Shown here piece after piece: positions 39,710 to 48,170 of a stretch of DNA of 64,000 bases. The position numbers and the translations under genes were made by a program. Positions within the stretch are counted from its first letter, which is position 1; every line of letters starts with the position of its first letter. Source of the stretch: a virus; IMG/VR virus record IMGVR_UViG_3300009551_000004; one strand, written 5' to 3'. Below the pieces are notes generated by a model, which searched no databases, was not told the origin of the DNA, and worked only from the letters and a program-made list of their open reading frames with translations.

Positions 39710-39983
39710 CGCAACACACTTTCTTACAGCACTCGTGCATAGCCTGGAGGGCACCCAGCACAATGCTGTGCTTCATCACGAAGAACAGGTGATCGCGATC
39801 CGGGTGGTAAATGCCGCAGGGGCAGACGCGCATCATGATTCGACGCGCTGAGTCCCAAAATAGCGGTGCGGTGTTCAAAGGATGGTCGGACGGGTTGTGC
39901 ACGGAACAGAAGCTGCCTTCACACGCTTCTGCGTCGTGCGTCTGAATGATGCTGCCGTCCGGCATCCCGAAAAGGTCCATCAT
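39690..39983 (-). CDS. Cys/His-rich hypothetical protein
   Basis: Start MMDLFGMPDG with ATGA overlap. Confidence 0.6.
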   Translation of the reverse strand: MMDLFGMPDGSIIQTHDAEACEGSFCSVHNPSDHPLNTAPLFWDSARRIMMRVCPCGIYHPDRDHLFFVMKHSIVLGALQAMHECCKKVCCDATGHH

Positions 39984-40180
39984 TTGCCCTCTTCGTCGAA
40001 GATCTCGTTGAGGAAATCTTTCCGACGCGCCGCCTTGGCTGCCTTCGCGTTCACCGCGTAGCAGGTAGGCCCATCGTGCTTCTGGGTCCACGTTTCCAGC
40101 TGGTCGACCACCTGTTGAGGGGTGAGATCCAAAGCGACCAACTCGCCGCCGCAGTTGCAGAACTTGCGAAGATCAGGCAT
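39980..40180 (-). CDS. Small hypothetical protein
   Basis: 66-aa ORF in the track. Confidence 0.6.
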   Translation of the reverse strand: MPDLRKFCNCGGELVALDLTPQQVVDQLETWTQKHDGPTCYAVNAKAAKAARRKDFLNEIFDEEGK

Positions 40181-40190
40181 GTTTTGCTCC

Positions 40191-40424
40191 TTAGTGCCAG
40201 CCGAGTTTCTTGGTGAACGTCAAGTCTGGTTGGAGTTCGTAAAGCCGCCAGAAAGTTTCCGAATGAGGGTCGTGCCAGAATTGCTCGACCTCGTCAGCGG
40301 ACTCAAGCCGCATAAGAAGCGGCGAAAGGACGCATGTGAGGTCTTCTTTGATCGTGAAAGCCTCGTTGCCGAGTCGTGCGAGTCTGACGCGTTGTCCTTT
40401 CCGTACGCCTTTGACGATGATCAT
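40191..40424 (-). CDS. Small hypothetical protein
   Basis: Start MIIVKGVRKG. Confidence 0.55.
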   Translation of the reverse strand: MIIVKGVRKGQRVRLARLGNEAFTIKEDLTCVLSPLLMRLESADEVEQFWHDPHSETFWRLYELQPDLTFTKKLGWH

Positions 40425-40428
40425 CGTG

Positions 40429-40599
40429 TTACTCTCCAAGTTCGATCTTGCCAACAATGGGAATATCAATCACCACGCCTCGTGGGTTGATGATCCCGAT
40501 GACCTTCTCTTCGATCTTATTGACGGTCCCTTCAATGCGCTTACCGTTGACGAAGACCACGATGGGATCGCCAGGCTTTTTGCCGAAAAAGTTGTGCAT
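40429..40599 (-). CDS. Small hypothetical protein (56 aa)
   Basis: ATG after GGAGAAGGG; below the track cutoff. Confidence 0.5.
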   Translation of the reverse strand: MHNFFGKKPGDPIVVFVNGKRIEGTVNKIEEKVIGIINPRGVVIDIPIVGKIELGE

Positions 40600-40623
40600 C
40601 GTTCAAACCCTTCTCCGTCATGG

Positions 40624-40863
40624 TCACCAACCGCGTTTTCGACCCCTGAGTGCACTTCCCGTCCAACGATAAGAGCTGTAACGAGACTTTCTTTCAGCTT
40701 TGATCTTCGTCGGAAACTCCACGAAAACGCCTTCGTGTCCGGTGTGCTCCTTGACCCATTGTTTTGCTTTCCGGATGCAGTCCCCGTAGCCGCAACAATA
40801 CGTCGAAGCGTTGGGAGTGTCGATTCCTGGCCGTTCGATTGGTGGCCAAGAAACCCACCCCAT
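40624..40863 (-). CDS. Small hypothetical protein
   Basis: Start MGWVSWPP after GAGGGG. Confidence 0.55.
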   Translation of the reverse strand: MGWVSWPPIERPGIDTPNASTYCCGYGDCIRKAKQWVKEHTGHEGVFVEFPTKIKAERKSRYSSYRWTGSALRGRKRGW

Positions 40864-40913
40864 CCCCTCATGTCCGCACTGCGCATCGCGAGTGCCAGAA
40901 GCTGGATCGTGGC

Positions 40914-41123
40914 TCACGGCAACGCGGCTCCACACCATTTGCACGACGCGGGAGCATTGGTTTTCGTTCCCTTGGTCGAACGGGCGCAGTAATCGCATAC
41001 CCACACGTTGACGTGACCGCCGACGTGAATCGAATGCGCTTTCCGGGTGAGAAGTGCTTCGTCGCCTTGCGCCTGCGCGATGGCGCACACGTGCGCGCCA
41101 TTCATATCGAGCCCGCCGCTCAT
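40914..41123 (-). CDS. Small zinc-ribbon-like protein
   Basis: Start MSGGLDMNG with ATGA overlap; CDYC...CKWC. Confidence 0.55.
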   Translation of the reverse strand: MSGGLDMNGAHVCAIAQAQGDEALLTRKAHSIHVGGHVNVWVCDYCARSTKGTKTNAPASCKWCGAALP

Positions 41124-41395
41124 GACTGAAGCACCCTTCCGCAGGAGTGGCAATTGGCAGGGGCGAGAGGCATTTTGCCCCGCATGCTCGTGAATGCGAG
41201 GCAGTGGGGACACACCCAGCCTTCGAGCCCGAAGACGTACACGGCCCAGTCGGTCACGCTGACGGGACTGCCCGTGTCGATCTCCTCGGGTAGCTGAGGG
41301 ATGTAGTTATCCCCCTTTTTCTCCTTTAAGAGCCGAAGGCCCTGTGCCTCTGCGCGTGTCAATTCATCGCGCGTTGGACGCTTAGACTCAGCCAT
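41120..41395 (-). CDS. Small zinc-ribbon-like protein
   Basis: CPHC....CHSC. Confidence 0.65.
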   Translation of the reverse strand: MAESKRPTRDELTRAEAQGLRLLKEKKGDNYIPQLPEEIDTGSPVSVTDWAVYVFGLEGWVCPHCLAFTSMRGKMPLAPANCHSCGRVLQS

Positions 41396-41606
41396 TGCGC
41401 AGCTCCGCGTTCAACGCGTCGCCGGAGGCCTCCAGGATGGCGAAATACGCCTTCTTGGTCTCCTTGTCGTCGACAAGAAAGCGGATGTCGTCGGCCGTCA
41501 TGTGGCCGCGCACGTATTCGGCCGCTTCGCGCAGCGTCACGGCCTGGTTCGGGTAAACCCGCTGCACGTCGGCGAGAACGAGCCTGAGCGCTTCTCGGAG
41601 ATTCAT
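41388..41606 (-). CDS. Small hypothetical protein
   Basis: 72-aa ORF in the track. Confidence 0.6.
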   Translation of the reverse strand: MNLREALRLVLADVQRVYPNQAVTLREAAEYVRGHMTADDIRFLVDDKETKKAYFAILEASGDALNAELRNG

Positions 41607-41884
41607 CGTTGCCTCTTATCGACTTCGGTCAGCCACGCTTCGGTCAATTCGTTCCAGTTTCTTTCGTCAGTCACATCGAATCCGTACATGTGTGCTTCGT
41701 CGTGACTGACGTCGATCGCGGCCAAGGCTGCCGCATACGATCCGAACACCCGGGTTCCGATACAGTGATTCATCGATCGCATGTCCAGCGTCGCGCGATT
41801 GATTCGTAAAGCCCAACCAGGCTTGTGGCGATCGAATTCGGCGGCCCCACGTCGAGCCGCTTCACTGATGCTTGGCACCATCAC
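41603..41884 (-). CDS. Hypothetical protein
   Basis: 93-aa ORF in the track. Confidence 0.65.
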   Translation of the reverse strand: MMVPSISEAARRGAAEFDRHKPGWALRINRATLDMRSMNHCIGTRVFGSYAAALAAIDVSHDEAHMYGFDVTDERNWNELTEAWLTEVDKRQR

Positions 41885-42071
41885 CCTCCTCGGTATATCC
41901 GAGCACGGTCAACTGTGCATGAGTGATGACTTCCTGGATGTTCAGGATTTCCTCGCCACCCTCCAGGGTGTTGGCCAGGTTGGTGAAGTAATCCTTGTCG
42001 CCCTGCGCGGTGTACATCTCCGCCGCCTTGCGAAGGATCTCCACGTAGCGGTCTCGCTGCGCCTTGTCCAT
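41862..42071 (-). CDS. Small paralog family B protein (outlying copy)
   Basis: RYVEILRKAAEMY...LANTLEGG..I.EVITHAQLTV; ATG after GGAAAAGGAAG. Confidence 0.6.
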   Translation of the reverse strand: MDKAQRDRYVEILRKAAEMYTAQGDKDYFTNLANTLEGGEEILNIQEVITHAQLTVLGYTEEGDGAKHQ

Positions 42072-42109
42072 AGACTTCCTTTTCCTGGTTCCGAGTTCCT
42101 GATACATCG

Positions 42110-42138
42110 ATGCTACAGCATCGGGTGTTTTTTGTAAA
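42110..42138 (-). promoter_or_regulatory. SigA-like promoter (TTTACA-17-TAGCAT)
   Basis: Promoter family member. Confidence 0.55.
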
Positions 42139-42146
42139 TACTGGGG

Positions 42147-42344
42147 TTACTTACCGCTTCCACGTTTGAATTCAGCTTCGATGTTCCTCATGGCGCGAGG
42201 ATCACTGTTCGTGGCAGAAGCGAATACTATACTCCCGCTAGAATGGACGTACTTGACGTGACCTTTCTTGCTTGTTCCACGGTTCTCGAAACCGTAGAAA
42301 GCGGCCATTTCGTCTAAACTTCTAAAATTCTTCTCAGTGCCCAT
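42147..42344 (-). CDS. Small protein, weakly HicA-like
   Basis: FYGFENRGTSKKGHVKYVH..V..A resembles the HicA G..GSH...H pattern; locally AT-rich. Confidence 0.35.
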   Translation of the reverse strand: MGTEKNFRSLDEMAAFYGFENRGTSKKGHVKYVHSSGSIVFASATNSDPRAMRNIEAEFKRGSGK

Positions 42345-42561
42345 CGCCGTTGTCCTGACGTAGGCGCTGTACGCGGACGTACGCGGCGTCGAGCTCCTCC
42401 CAGCTGATCTCTTCCGCATTCCCGTTGGCCAAGCGCACCGTGGCCGTCCACTGCGGCGCTCGCTTGATGGCGATGACGTCAGCCACCAGAACCGCGTCGT
42501 GGATCGTGCTGAATCTTGACGGCAGGTAGACAGACTTGCCTACCCAGTAATCCTCGCGCAT
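42334..42561 (-). CDS. Small hypothetical protein
   Basis: 75-aa ORF with promoter and CGGAAACGGAAGGAAG leader upstream. Confidence 0.65.
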   Translation of the reverse strand: MREDYWVGKSVYLPSRFSTIHDAVLVADVIAIKRAPQWTATVRLANGNAEEISWEELDAAYVRVQRLRQDNGDGH

Positions 42562-42588
42562 TGATCTTCCTTCCGTTTCCGTGCATTT

Positions 42589-42617
42589 ACTGTATCACAG
42601 GTGATACAGTCTGTAAA
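42589..42617 (-). promoter_or_regulatory. SigA-like promoter (TTTACA-17-TACAGT) overlapping a 20-bp palindrome
   Basis: The palindrome CTGTATCACAGGTGATACAG (42590-42609) fills the spacer and -10. Confidence 0.6.
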
Positions 42618-42633
42618 TATGTGATGCTACAAT
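42605..42633 (+). promoter_or_regulatory. Putative rightward promoter (extended -10 TGcTACAAT)
   Basis: TACAAT at 42628-33 preceded by TGC; weak -35. Confidence 0.45.
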
Positions 42634-42668
42634 CACAGTGACGGAACGGTTAAACAGGAAGGAAACGC

Positions 42669-43838
42669 ATGCGGATCATGATTTTAGGCGGCGACGGCTA
42701 TCTGGGTTGGCCGCTCTCGCTACATCTGTCGGCAGCTGGGCATAACGTGGCGATCGTGGACAACGGCGCGCGTCGAGACATCGATCGTCAGCTCGGTACC
42801 AACAGCGTGGTTCCGATCCTGAACCTGTACAAGCGCATCAATGCATGGCGCGAAGCGAGTGGTGTGTGGCTCAAACGCTATGACGTCGATTTGTTGAACT
42901 ATTCCGACTTGCGACATGCTTTGATCGACTTCCAGCCGGATGCCGTGGTGCACCTCGCGGAGCAGCGCTCCGCACCGTATTCGATGATGGGGCAGCAAGA
43001 AGCGACGTACACGCAGCGGAACAACGTCATCGGCACCCTGAACCTGATTCATGCAGTGGCGGAGATCGATCCTTCGGTTCATATCGTCAAGCTGGGCACG
43101 ATGGGTGAATACGGCACGCCGAACATCGACATCGAGGAAGGTTGGCTCGATGTCGACCACAATGGACGGCATGATCGGGTGCTGTACCCCAAGAAAGCTG
43201 GCTCGTGGTACCACCTGAGCAAAGTGCACGACTCGCATAACCTTGAATTCGCATGCCGTGCGTGGAATTTGCGCGTCACAGATTTGAATCAGGGTGTCGT
43301 CTATGGCCATGAGACCGATCAGACGATTTTGACTCTGGCTCCCGAATTGGCGACCAGATTGGATTACGACGCTATTTTTGGTACGGTGGTGAACCGTTTT
43401 GCCGTCCAGGCGGCACTGGGCCACCCTCTGGCCATCTACGGCAATGGCACGCAGACGCGCGGATTCATTAGCATCCGCGACGTCATGCAGTGCATCGAGT
43501 TGGCGATCCATAACCCGCCGAAATCGGGCGAGTTTGTAGTTTTCAACCAGATGACAGAGGCGTTTTCGATCGTCGAACTCGCCAAGCGGGTTGCGCGCGT
43601 GGATCCGAACGGCACGGGCGTGCGTTATTTCTACAATCCGCGCGTCGAACAGGAAGACCATTACTACAACGTCAAGCACACAGGGTTAGAGGAATTGGGT
43701 CTCGTGCCGCACCCACTTCACGATGATGACATCGCCGCGCTAATCGAGACAGCACAGCGCTATCGTGACCGCGTTGATTTGTCGAAGATGGACCCCACCA
43801 TCTTGTGGCGACCTCGCCACAATCGCCCTATGGCCTGA
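42669..43838 (+). CDS. sqdB: UDP-sulfoquinovose synthase (SQD1/SqdB)-like NAD-dependent sugar epimerase/dehydratase
   Basis: 389 aa. N-terminal GGDGYLGW Rossmann motif. Blocks HLAEQRSAPYSM, YTQRNNVIGTLN, KLGTMGEYGTPNIDIEEG, YPKKAGSWYHLSKVHDSHN, TDLNQGVVYG, RLDYDAIFGT..NRF..QAALGHPL..YG.GTQTRG and NPRVEQEDHYYN.KH match my recollection of SQD1. Confidence 0.8.
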   Translation: MRIMILGGDGYLGWPLSLHLSAAGHNVAIVDNGARRDIDRQLGTNSVVPILNLYKRINAWREASGVWLKRYDVDLLNYSDLRHALIDFQPDAVVHLAEQRSAPYSMMGQQEATYTQRNNVIGTLNLIHAVAEIDPSVHIVKLGTMGEYGTPNIDIEEGWLDVDHNGRHDRVLYPKKAGSWYHLSKVHDSHNLEFACRAWNLRVTDLNQGVVYGHETDQTILTLAPELATRLDYDAIFGTVVNRFAVQAALGHPLAIYGNGTQTRGFISIRDVMQCIELAIHNPPKSGEFVVFNQMTEAFSIVELAKRVARVDPNGTGVRYFYNPRVEQEDHYYNVKHTGLEELGLVPHPLHDDDIAALIETAQRYRDRVDLSKMDPTILWRPRHNRPMA

Positions 43839-43954
43839 ATGAGGGATACAACACCAAAGACGATGATCATAATCGCCGCAAGGCTCACAATGGCGACGGC
43901 AAGACCGAGCATGCCGAATTGCAACGCGGCCATTGTCGGGCCATCGTGATTCAT
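43760..43954 (-). CDS. Small membrane protein
   Basis: 64 aa with one long hydrophobic segment; convergently overlaps the 3' end of the sqdB-like gene. Confidence 0.45.
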   Translation of the reverse strand: MNHDGPTMAALQFGMLGLAVAIVSLAAIMIIVFGVVSLIQAIGRLWRGRHKMVGSIFDKSTRSR

Positions 43955-44064
43955 CTCCGCTCCTTGCGATAGGACGGGAAAAGAAGACCACCGGCCGCGA
44001 TCGCGACCAATAGGCCGAGTCCAGTATAGAGGGTAATGTAGGTCAACGCTTCGTCGTACGACAT
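43951..44064 (-). CDS. Small membrane peptide (37 aa)
   Basis: ATG after AAAGGA; ATGA overlap with the next gene. Confidence 0.4.
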   Translation of the reverse strand: MSYDEALTYITLYTGLGLLVAIAAGGLLFPSYRKERR

Positions 44065-44080
44065 ATCGATCCTTTCGCGA

Positions 44081-44110
44081 AGAAGGGGCCCCCGGCCGGG
44101 GGCCCCTTCT
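44081..44110 (-). terminator. Hairpin terminator
   Basis: 30-nt perfect palindrome AGAAGGGGCCCCCGGCCGGGGGCCCCTTCT. Confidence 0.75.
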
Positions 44111-44119
44111 TTCGTTGTA

Positions 44120-44392
44120 TTACCAGTGCCTGCGCATCTGAGTACCGTGAGGATGCGTGCTGTGCGTCGGGTCGTTGATTTCTCCCCACGCCTTGGCGCA
44201 CTTAGAACTGCCGCACGTCTCCTGATTTCCCTTCCGGTCTTTCAGGCACGCCTGCCCCCCTGCGCGCGTGGGCATCTGACACTTTTTGGACGCTGGGTCG
44301 TTGATCTTTGGCGGCCCTGCCGGCGCATCAGGTGCCGCCTTGGCCATGATTGCGGCGTCGACAGCCTTGAGAGCATTCCAGACCTTACCCAA
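44120..44392 (-). CDS. Small Lys/Cys-containing protein
   Basis: ORF 44120..44401 in the track; the start (TTG or later ATG) is uncertain. Confidence 0.5.
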   Translation of the reverse strand: MGKVWNALKAVDAAIMAKAAPDAPAGPPKINDPASKKCQMPTRAGGQACLKDRKGNQETCGSSKCAKAWGEINDPTHSTHPHGTQMRRHW

Positions 44393-44442
44393 AACAAACA
44401 ACTCCTAGATCGTTTTGCACTTTCTTTTCCGGATCTGCATGC

Positions 44443-44471
44443 AGCCTAGCACGTGCGCGGAAGGCTGTAAA
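44443..44471 (-). promoter_or_regulatory. SigA-like promoter (TTTACA-17-TAGGCT)
   Basis: GTGTTTACA family. Confidence 0.6.
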
Positions 44472-44607
44472 CACTCCCCCCGTTCGTCACGTTGAGCTAC
44501 ACACTCACACACTCACTCACCTCGGTGACACCTCTCTGACCGGCCAAAACGAAGCCGGTGGCGACACCGGGGCAGGTGAGTGAGTGTGTGAGTTGCACGC
44601 TCTGTGA

Positions 44608-46788
44608 TCAACACGCGAGTCGGTACGTGCGGTCTTCGTCTTTAGCCAACACATTCTTCGAGACGAGCTGGCCGAGCAGGTTGTACACCGCGTTTTCGTT
44701 CTTGATGACCACGCCGGCAGTTTTGAGCGCATCCATGATCTCCGCCGAGGTCAATGGCCTGTTGGCACGTCGAAGCACCCAAACGATTTGATCCGCTCGT
44801 CCTGTCGGCGGAGCTAGATCCTTCAATTCCTCCAATTCGTCATCGGGAATATCGGTATTCAGCTCTTTCGCCACTTCACGGAAGGCTTCTTGCTGTATAT
44901 CAGATATGGTGTCGAAGTCGAGTCCCATATCAGCGGCGAGACGTCGCGCCTCGGCGTCGAGGTCTATCTTTTTTTCGACTGGACGAGAATCGACAACCGT
45001 CATCGGCTTCTTGTTCTTGCGCAAGTAGTCAAGGAATTCCATGGTGACCGTGGTGTGCCGCCGGGCGTAGAGCTTGCCGGCGGCGCGTTGCGACCCCTCG
45101 TCCAAATATGTCTTGAATTTCCGACGTGACCAAGAAACCTGACTCAAGGTGAGGCCGTTGTGCAAACGCGGCTTACTGGGGTCATCCTCTTGGATGTAGC
45201 GACCCTTGACGAGAACGGGGAACGGTGTCCCTTCGTCGTCTTTCAGGTAGAACTCGCCCTTGTTTTCCGGCGGCGCGAGTTTGTAATCCCCCAATTGCCG
45301 CCCCAGGGAGAGAGTGTCTTGCGAATTGAAAGCGACGGCGTAACCGGTCTGTGCTTGAATATCGCCTCCCATCGGGCCGAGCTGGTCAATGGTGTCGCGT
45401 TGAGTCAGATACTTAGCGAAACAACCGGCGGATCCCGCGCCTTGCATGTTCATGCCCAGAAGCGCGGATGAGTGATGTTGCTGCCCATCGTATTCGGCGG
45501 TTACCGTCGTATTGCGCAAGGTGTACATCGCCTCTTCGATGATGCACACGATGTCTGGTAGGCCTACCCGCTCATGCAGACGAAGCGACTGTCGATAACG
45601 CGCTACCCGCATGAGGGCGGCCAGACATTCCGCGCTGTCTTCGGGGCCGACACAGATGAAGTCGAAAGGCATCTCCTCGCCGGTGTCGAGATAGATCTCC
45701 AGCCAGCCAGCCAGCAGGTCGTAAAGCTTTTCCGTGCCGCAGATCCACACCACGGCGTTCTCGCAGCGCGTCAGGTATGCGAGAACATTGTGAATGAGCG
45801 ACGTCTTACCCGATCGCGTCTTGCCGATGTACTGCCCGTGCTGCCGCAAAGACAAATGGACCGGCTTAGCGTCTAGCCCGTACCCGATGAGCATCGGCTT
45901 GCGAACATCGGCCCACTCCAATTCGTCCACGAAGGGATATAGCCGGGCCATGATGTCCTGTATGGTCACGGTGATGGTGTAACGACCCGACAGTTTCATT
46001 TTCTGAATAGCAACCCATCGTGTCTCCAATTCCTTGTTCAATAGTTCGGACAATGCGACGGCGATTGGTTCGGAGTCTTCCGTCGATAGGGTGCGGTTTT
46101 TCTGCGCCAAAGCCCTGGCTGGAATACGTACCTTGAATCGAATTCCAAAGAGGACGCCATCCTCGTCGCGCAACGGCTCCGATTCCACGACTTCGATCCA
46201 GCCGCGCTTAATGCGCTTGAGGGCTAGGCGCATGACCATGACGTCGTGACTCTCTGTCACTGCCGGCAACGGGCCGTCAAACGCCTCCAGCACATGCGGC
46301 GCTAGGTCGACCACTCGACCAGCAGAAACGGCCTGAGTGCGCTCCTGACGGACTTTCTGAAGGCGCGGGCGTAGACGCCCTAAGTAGGGGTCGAGAAGCG
46401 CTCCAGCGAGCACCTGGACACCCGTAACGGCCAGAAGGGCTAGTAGGCCGAGAGGAAGTGCGCTCAGGCCAGCGATCGCGAGGCTGATCGCCACGGCGAG
46501 GTCGGCCACGATCGCCGCCATGATGAGCCGAAAGACGACAGCGCGAGTGTCGATCGTCCAGTTGACGAAGACGTCGACAACGTGAACTAGTCGCTCTGTC
46601 GCAACGATGATGATGAACGCTAGGAACACCATTCCGGCGATGGATAGGGCCACCGGAATGGGGAATAGCAGGGAAATGAGCGCGACGACGAACGTCGATA
46701 GGGCACCCAGCACCGGGAGAAAGACTTTGTAGGGAATCATTTCCTCATCTTTCCGAAAAGGATAATCGGCCCATAACGGATTCGTCAT
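44608..46788 (-). CDS. FtsK/SpoIIIE/TraB-like membrane-anchored DNA translocase
   Basis: 726 aa. N-terminal hydrophobic helices, Walker A GKTRSGKTS, and a C-terminal winged-helix-like segment (LTSAEIMDALKTAGV..VYNLLGQLV). Confidence 0.8.
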   Translation of the reverse strand: MTNPLWADYPFRKDEEMIPYKVFLPVLGALSTFVVALISLLFPIPVALSIAGMVFLAFIIIVATERLVHVVDVFVNWTIDTRAVVFRLIMAAIVADLAVAISLAIAGLSALPLGLLALLAVTGVQVLAGALLDPYLGRLRPRLQKVRQERTQAVSAGRVVDLAPHVLEAFDGPLPAVTESHDVMVMRLALKRIKRGWIEVVESEPLRDEDGVLFGIRFKVRIPARALAQKNRTLSTEDSEPIAVALSELLNKELETRWVAIQKMKLSGRYTITVTIQDIMARLYPFVDELEWADVRKPMLIGYGLDAKPVHLSLRQHGQYIGKTRSGKTSLIHNVLAYLTRCENAVVWICGTEKLYDLLAGWLEIYLDTGEEMPFDFICVGPEDSAECLAALMRVARYRQSLRLHERVGLPDIVCIIEEAMYTLRNTTVTAEYDGQQHHSSALLGMNMQGAGSAGCFAKYLTQRDTIDQLGPMGGDIQAQTGYAVAFNSQDTLSLGRQLGDYKLAPPENKGEFYLKDDEGTPFPVLVKGRYIQEDDPSKPRLHNGLTLSQVSWSRRKFKTYLDEGSQRAAGKLYARRHTTVTMEFLDYLRKNKKPMTVVDSRPVEKKIDLDAEARRLAADMGLDFDTISDIQQEAFREVAKELNTDIPDDELEELKDLAPPTGRADQIVWVLRRANRPLTSAEIMDALKTAGVVIKNENAVYNLLGQLVSKNVLAKDEDRTYRLAC

Positions 46789-46808
46789 GGGCCGATTATC
46801 GGTGGTAC

Positions 46809-48170
46809 TCAGTGACGCTGTCGGTAGTCCTGGATGATCTTGGCAACCTCTTCACGCACCTCGGCGTCACGAGCGGCCTTGGCCGTGTTGAGCAGGTGCT
46901 GCTCGTGATCTGCCCGTAGGTCATCCATGCCTTCGGTCTGCTGCGCTAGGTCACGAAACTCGTGAGCCTGAAGGGTTCGCTCCTGTGCCGAGGCGAGCGC
47001 TCGCGCTGCGGCCGTGTCCAGGTATGCGTCACGCGCTGCCTTGGGCAGCATATCCACGGTGGTCACGTTGCTGCTCCTTTTTCTTTGATCGGGAATTGGG
47101 AGAACTTTGTCCGGGTCCGACGTGGGCCATTGCGGCTCGCCCATGCGATGGTAGATCGGCGGCAACCTTTTCGCCTTGCGCACAACGGTAATGCGGGGCA
47201 GGTTATGCGCCCGAATCGGCTTGTAGTGGTCGAGATCCACATTCGGCCACGCAATGTCAGGTGTCTTTGATGCGGTCTTCACTGAATCCTCCGGTCGTGA
47301 CCTGGTTTCCGGCGCGACCGTCGGAGTATCCTTCTTGTCGCCCTTCTTTTTGGTCTTCGTTTTCGGTGGGTCAATCGCGTCAGGCTTTGATGTATCTGGA
47401 ATTTTGCCGGTCAACGGACGCGGCGGCCAGTTGTCCGGCACGCGCGGCCCGGACGTTCCGGCAATCATTCGCCGCTCCCGATTAGGACGCGGCCCCTGGT
47501 TGCCCGGGTTGACCAATGTCTGTGGTGTACGAACGCCTCGCGTCCGGTTGCCGTTCCCGCGCGGTCCCGCCGGAGCTTGAGACCGATCCTGCGACCAGCG
47601 ACGAGACCGCGTGCGACTGGCCGTCTCGCCAGGCTCAGTGGGCTGCGACCGGCGAGACCGACGCCGAGACGGCTGCTGGCCGTTGGTCTCACGGTCGCGA
47701 GACCGCTGACGAGACCATGGCCACCGCTTTGTGGGACCAGTCTCAGACTGCCGATCCTGCGCCGCACGGCGAGACCGAGATTGCGGGCTGCCCGGAGACT
47801 GCGACCGAGACTGAGACGGTCCCGTCGTGCCCCCCTGAGACCGGGTCGCACGATGCCTCTGCGCGGTCTCGGACTGGAAGAAGTGGCGCAACGCCAGGCC
47901 GAGACCAACGAGAATGGCGAGACCGCCAACCGCGATGACGGCCAGCAGCGGCGATTGCAGCCACAAAATCACGCCGCCGACCAGCACAATCGTCACGCCG
48001 AGCGCGGCCGACAGGTGCCAAGGCGGCACGCCGGTCGTCCTGGTCTCGGCCTTTGCCCTGGTCTCCGGCTTCGACGTCTTGGTCTCAGGCTTGGTCTCGG
48101 TCTCACCTTCGACGAGATCCGCAGGTGAAACTGGCTTTGCCGAGGCGAAAACCGTGTCCTCGTCGCTCAT
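46809..48170 (-). CDS. Membrane protein with Glu-Thr and Arg-Ser low-complexity tracts
   Basis: 453-aa ORF with one hydrophobic segment; carries most of the GGTCTC/GAGACC copies. Confidence 0.7.
   Translation of the reverse strand: MSDEDTVFASAKPVSPADLVEGETETKPETKTSKPETRAKAETRTTGVPPWHLSAALGVTIVLVGGVILWLQSPLLAVIAVGGLAILVGLGLALRHFFQSETAQRHRATRSQGGTTGPSQSRSQSPGSPQSRSRRAAQDRQSETGPTKRWPWSRQRSRDRETNGQQPSRRRSRRSQPTEPGETASRTRSRRWSQDRSQAPAGPRGNGNRTRGVRTPQTLVNPGNQGPRPNRERRMIAGTSGPRVPDNWPPRPLTGKIPDTSKPDAIDPPKTKTKKKGDKKDTPTVAPETRSRPEDSVKTASKTPDIAWPNVDLDHYKPIRAHNLPRITVVRKAKRLPPIYHRMGEPQWPTSDPDKVLPIPDQRKRSSNVTTVDMLPKAARDAYLDTAAARALASAQERTLQAHEFRDLAQQTEGMDDLRADHEQHLLNTAKAARDAEVREEVAKIIQDYRQRH

Noticed and set aside
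35707-42344. HicA/HicB toxin-antitoxin pair (HicB-like 35707..36186 and HicA-like 42147..42344)
   Set aside because: The two genes are 6 kb apart in different transcription units, and both similarities are weak and motif-level only. Not reported as a system.
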